From: an uncultured Olsenella sp.
GTDB lineage: Bacteria; Actinomycetota; Coriobacteriia; Coriobacteriales; Atopobiaceae
DNA: 64,000 nucleotides
Direction of reading: 5' to 3'
Assembly (NCBI GenBank): GCA_949290055.1
Contig: CASEQJ010000002.1
Span: 38,010-102,009 of the forward strand
Part shown: positions 61,658 through 64,000 of the stretch, in pieces
Layout of the letters: every line of letters starts with the position of its first letter
Position numbering within the stretch: the stretch's first letter is position 1
The notes under the pieces: model-generated
Told to the model about the DNA's origin: nothing
Seen by the model: the letters and a program-made list of their open reading frames with translations, nothing else
Databases searched by the model: none
Position numbers and translations under genes: made by a program

Positions 61658-62905
61658 ATGCAGAAGCGTCCGTTTGTCACGCGCGAGAAGCTCGAGGCCA
61701 TAGCGGCCGAGTACCCAACGCCGTTCTACCTCTATGACGAGGCCGAGATTCGCCGCCGCGCGGCGGAGCTCTCCGCCGCCTTTGCGTGGAACCCCGGCTT
61801 CAAGGAGTACTTTGCCGTCAAGGCCACGCCCAACCCCGCCATACTTCGAATCCTCGCGGAGTGCGGCTGCGGCTGCGACTGCGCCACGGGCGTGGAGCTT
61901 TTGCTCACGGACCGCGCGGGCGTGAGTGGCCGCGACATTATGCTCTCCTCCAACGACACGCCCGACGAGGACTTCCGTGCCGCGGACGAGCGCGGTGCGA
62001 TTATCAACCTGGACGGTCCGGACATGGTGGCCTGCCTCCAGCGCGCCCTCGGCGGGCGCGTGCCGCGCACCGTGTGCTGCCGCGTGAACCCGGGCGGGAC
62101 CTTCGAGAGCGCGAACGGCATAATCGGCTCGCCGGCAGACTCCAAGTTCGGCATGACGCCGGCGCAGCTCGAGGCCGCCTTTGCCGAGCTTGCCGCCCTG
62201 GGCGTGGAGGAGTTTGGGATCCACGCGTTTCTCGCCAGCAACACGCAGGTGAACGACTACTACCCGCGCCTTGCGCGCCGGCTCTTTGAGACGGCGGTGG
62301 ACCTCTCCGCGCGCCTGGGCGTGCACATTGGCTTCGTCGACCTCTCCGGCGGGATCGGCGTGGCCTACCACCCGGAGGACACCCCCTGTGACCTGGCAGT
62401 CATTAGCGAGGGGGTGCGGCAGGCGCATGAGGACGTGCTCGTGCCCGCGGGCATGGGCGACGTCGCGGTCTTCTCTGAGCTGGGACGCTGGCTGCTCGCG
62501 CCGGCGGGCGCGCTCGTGACCCGCGTCATTCACGAGAAGGTCACCTACCATGACTACCTGGGTGTGGACGCCTGTGCGGCCAACCTCATGCGCCCGGCGA
62601 TCTACGACGCCTACCACCACGTGAGCGTCATGGGCGCCGAGGACGCGCCGTGCACGCGCCGCTACAACGTGGTCGGCCGGCTCTGCGAGAACAACGACCA
62701 GTTCGCCCGTGACCGCCTCATGCCCGAGTGTCACGTCGGCGACCTGCTGTTCATTCACGACGCGGGCGCCCATGGCCACTCCATGGGCTACAACTACAAC
62801 GGCGCGCTGCGCTCCGCGGAGCTGCTGCTGCGCACAGACGGATCGGTGCAGCTGATCCGCCGCGCCGAGACACCCGCCGACTACCTGGCAACGCTGGACG
62901 TGTGA
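61658..62905 (+). CDS. lysA: Diaminopimelate decarboxylase
   Basis: Starts MQKRPFVTREKLEAIAAEYPTPFYLYDE. PLP-Lys context YFAVKATPN. C-terminal VVGRLCENNDQFARD (C-E-x-x-D). The start is taken at 61658 rather than the ORF-track 61322. Confidence 0.85.
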   Translation: MQKRPFVTREKLEAIAAEYPTPFYLYDEAEIRRRAAELSAAFAWNPGFKEYFAVKATPNPAILRILAECGCGCDCATGVELLLTDRAGVSGRDIMLSSNDTPDEDFRAADERGAIINLDGPDMVACLQRALGGRVPRTVCCRVNPGGTFESANGIIGSPADSKFGMTPAQLEAAFAELAALGVEEFGIHAFLASNTQVNDYYPRLARRLFETAVDLSARLGVHIGFVDLSGGIGVAYHPEDTPCDLAVISEGVRQAHEDVLVPAGMGDVAVFSELGRWLLAPAGALVTRVIHEKVTYHDYLGVDACAANLMRPAIYDAYHHVSVMGAEDAPCTRRYNVVGRLCENNDQFARDRLMPECHVGDLLFIHDAGAHGHSMGYNYNGALRSAELLLRTDGSVQLIRRAETPADYLATLDV

Positions 62906-62938
62906 GGTTCGCTCGCATACGAGAGAAGAGAGGCAACC

Positions 62939-63829
62939 ATGGACATGACCAACCTGACCGGATCGATCGTCGCGCTCGTCACCCCGTTTACCGAGGACGG
63001 TGCCATTGACTTCCCCGCGCTCGAGCGCCTCGTGGACTTTCACTTGGAGAGCGGCACCGACGGCATTCTCGTGCTCGGAACCACCGGCGAGTCCTCGACC
63101 ATGACCGACGACGAGGACCTCGAGGTCGCCCGTTGCGTCATTGAGCGCGTGGCCGGCCGCGTCCCTGTGATCGGCGGCGCCGGCTCCAACGCTACCTTCG
63201 AGTCCGAGCGCAAGGCCGCCGGCCTGGTCAAGCTCGGCATAGACGGCCTGCTGCTGATCACCCCCTACTACAACAAGTCCAACGAGGAGGGAATCTACCG
63301 CCACTTCACCGCCGTCCTCGACAAGGTGGACGTGCCCTGCATTCTCTACAACATTCCCGGCCGCACCGGCTGCTCGATCAGCGAGAAGAACCTCGCCCGC
63401 CTGGCGCAGCACCCCAACGCGTGGGGCCTCAAGGAGGCCTCGGGCTCTATCAGCTACGCAACCATGGCCGCCCGCTACCTCTCCGACGACTTCCGCATGT
63501 TCTCCGGCAACGACGACATCGTGGTGCCGCTCATGAGCCTCGGCGCCAAGGGCGTCATTTCCGTCTGGGCCGACGTCGCGCCCGCCACGGTGCACCAGCT
63601 GTGCGCGGACTTCCTCGCCGGCGACGTCGAGGCCGCCCGCCGCGCCCAGCTCGAGAACCTCGAGCTCATTCACGCCCTCTTCTGCGAGGTCAACCCCATT
63701 CCGGTCAAGTGCGCGCTCGCGGAGATGGGTCTCATCGGCGAGCACTACCGCCAGCCGCTCTGGCAGATCTCCGACGCCGGTCGCGAGCGCCTCGTGGCGG
63801 CCATGAGGGAGGTCGGTCTCCTTGGCTAG
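62939..63829 (+). CDS. dapA: 4-hydroxy-tetrahydrodipicolinate synthase
   Basis: GSIVALVTPF..., VLGTTGESSTMT, PCILYNIPGRTG, and the Schiff-base Lys context WGLKEASG. Confidence 0.95.
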   Translation: MDMTNLTGSIVALVTPFTEDGAIDFPALERLVDFHLESGTDGILVLGTTGESSTMTDDEDLEVARCVIERVAGRVPVIGGAGSNATFESERKAAGLVKLGIDGLLLITPYYNKSNEEGIYRHFTAVLDKVDVPCILYNIPGRTGCSISEKNLARLAQHPNAWGLKEASGSISYATMAARYLSDDFRMFSGNDDIVVPLMSLGAKGVISVWADVAPATVHQLCADFLAGDVEAARRAQLENLELIHALFCEVNPIPVKCALAEMGLIGEHYRQPLWQISDAGRERLVAAMREVGLLG

Positions 63830-64000
63830 CGCGATCGTCGTCGGCGGGGCGGGTCGCATGGGGCGCCTTGTGCGCGAGGAGCTTCTCGCCCGCGGCTTTG
63901 AGGTGCTCGGCTCCTACGACGTGGACAACATCGACGAGCTTGACGCCGCCGCGCCGGCTGCAGACGTTGCTGTGGACTTCTCCGCCCCGGCCGCGCTGCC
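63822..64000 (+). CDS. dapB: 4-hydroxy-tetrahydrodipicolinate reductase, 5' part (runs off the window)
   Basis: A TTG start overlaps the dapA stop. (M)ASAIVVGGAGRMGRLVREELLARGFEVLG matches the DapB NAD(P)-binding N-terminus. Confidence 0.75.
   Translation, partial: MASAIVVGGAGRMGRLVREELLARGFEVLGSYDVDNIDELDAAAPAADVAVDFSAPAAL

Overview
This is a GC-rich bacterial chromosomal window. Gene content and codon style look like Actinomycetota, probably class Coriobacteriia, but that is inference. No similarity search was run; every product call comes from motifs read by eye in the supplied translations.

I support about 60 protein genes, in this order:
- two Feo iron-uptake loci (feoA-feoA-feoB, and a feoA-feoB fusion gene)
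- a ZIP metal transporter, gpmA, and a glutamine-synthetase-family gene
- a polar amino-acid ABC transporter and an orphan OmpR/GlnR-like regulator
- HtrA, DUF2130, dxs and DegV
- a lower-GC islet carrying a YhcG/DUF1016 nuclease behind twin GAAC-N4-GTTC boxes
- LOG, a TVP38 family protein, an HPr-like protein and hypoxanthine-DNA glycosylase
- a long minus-strand sugar block (LacI regulator, sucrose PTS EIIBCA, GH32, EamA, GH1, beta-glucoside PTS EIIBCA, fructokinase)
- amylosucrase, LysR, a membrane-anchored XRE protein, nitroreductase, a DEDD exonuclease and pfkA
- PaaK-like ligase plus an ACT protein
- tatA, LysR, two paralogous lipoproteins and an M20 peptidase
- a lysine riboswitch followed by lysA-dapA-dapB

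I recognised no tRNA, rRNA, CRISPR array, integrase, transposase or relaxase.

The most interesting region is an accessory island of about 11 kb (about 45.7-56.7 kb) between the paaK/ACT pair and tatA. It holds two same-strand cassettes, each preceded by a copy of the same ~210-bp non-coding leader that ends in an 8-codon mini-ORF.
- Cassette 1 (46135-49113) has a 553-aa multidomain protein with a SAM-methyltransferase motif, a 108-aa Cys-rich protein, and a DUF1848 protein with a CxxxCxxC cluster.
- Cassette 2 (49822-56664) has an unknown protein, a VirD4/TraG-like ATPase with no TM segments, a ClpP-fold protease with an intact triad, two unknown proteins (one clearly acidic), and an Upf1-like SF1 helicase fused to a Vsr/DUF559-like nuclease.

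I propose this island as the candidate undescribed system, for conflict/defence or nucleic-acid modification. The function is inference only.

Several intergenic regions also carry unusual long-range inverted-repeat brackets and recurring short motifs.
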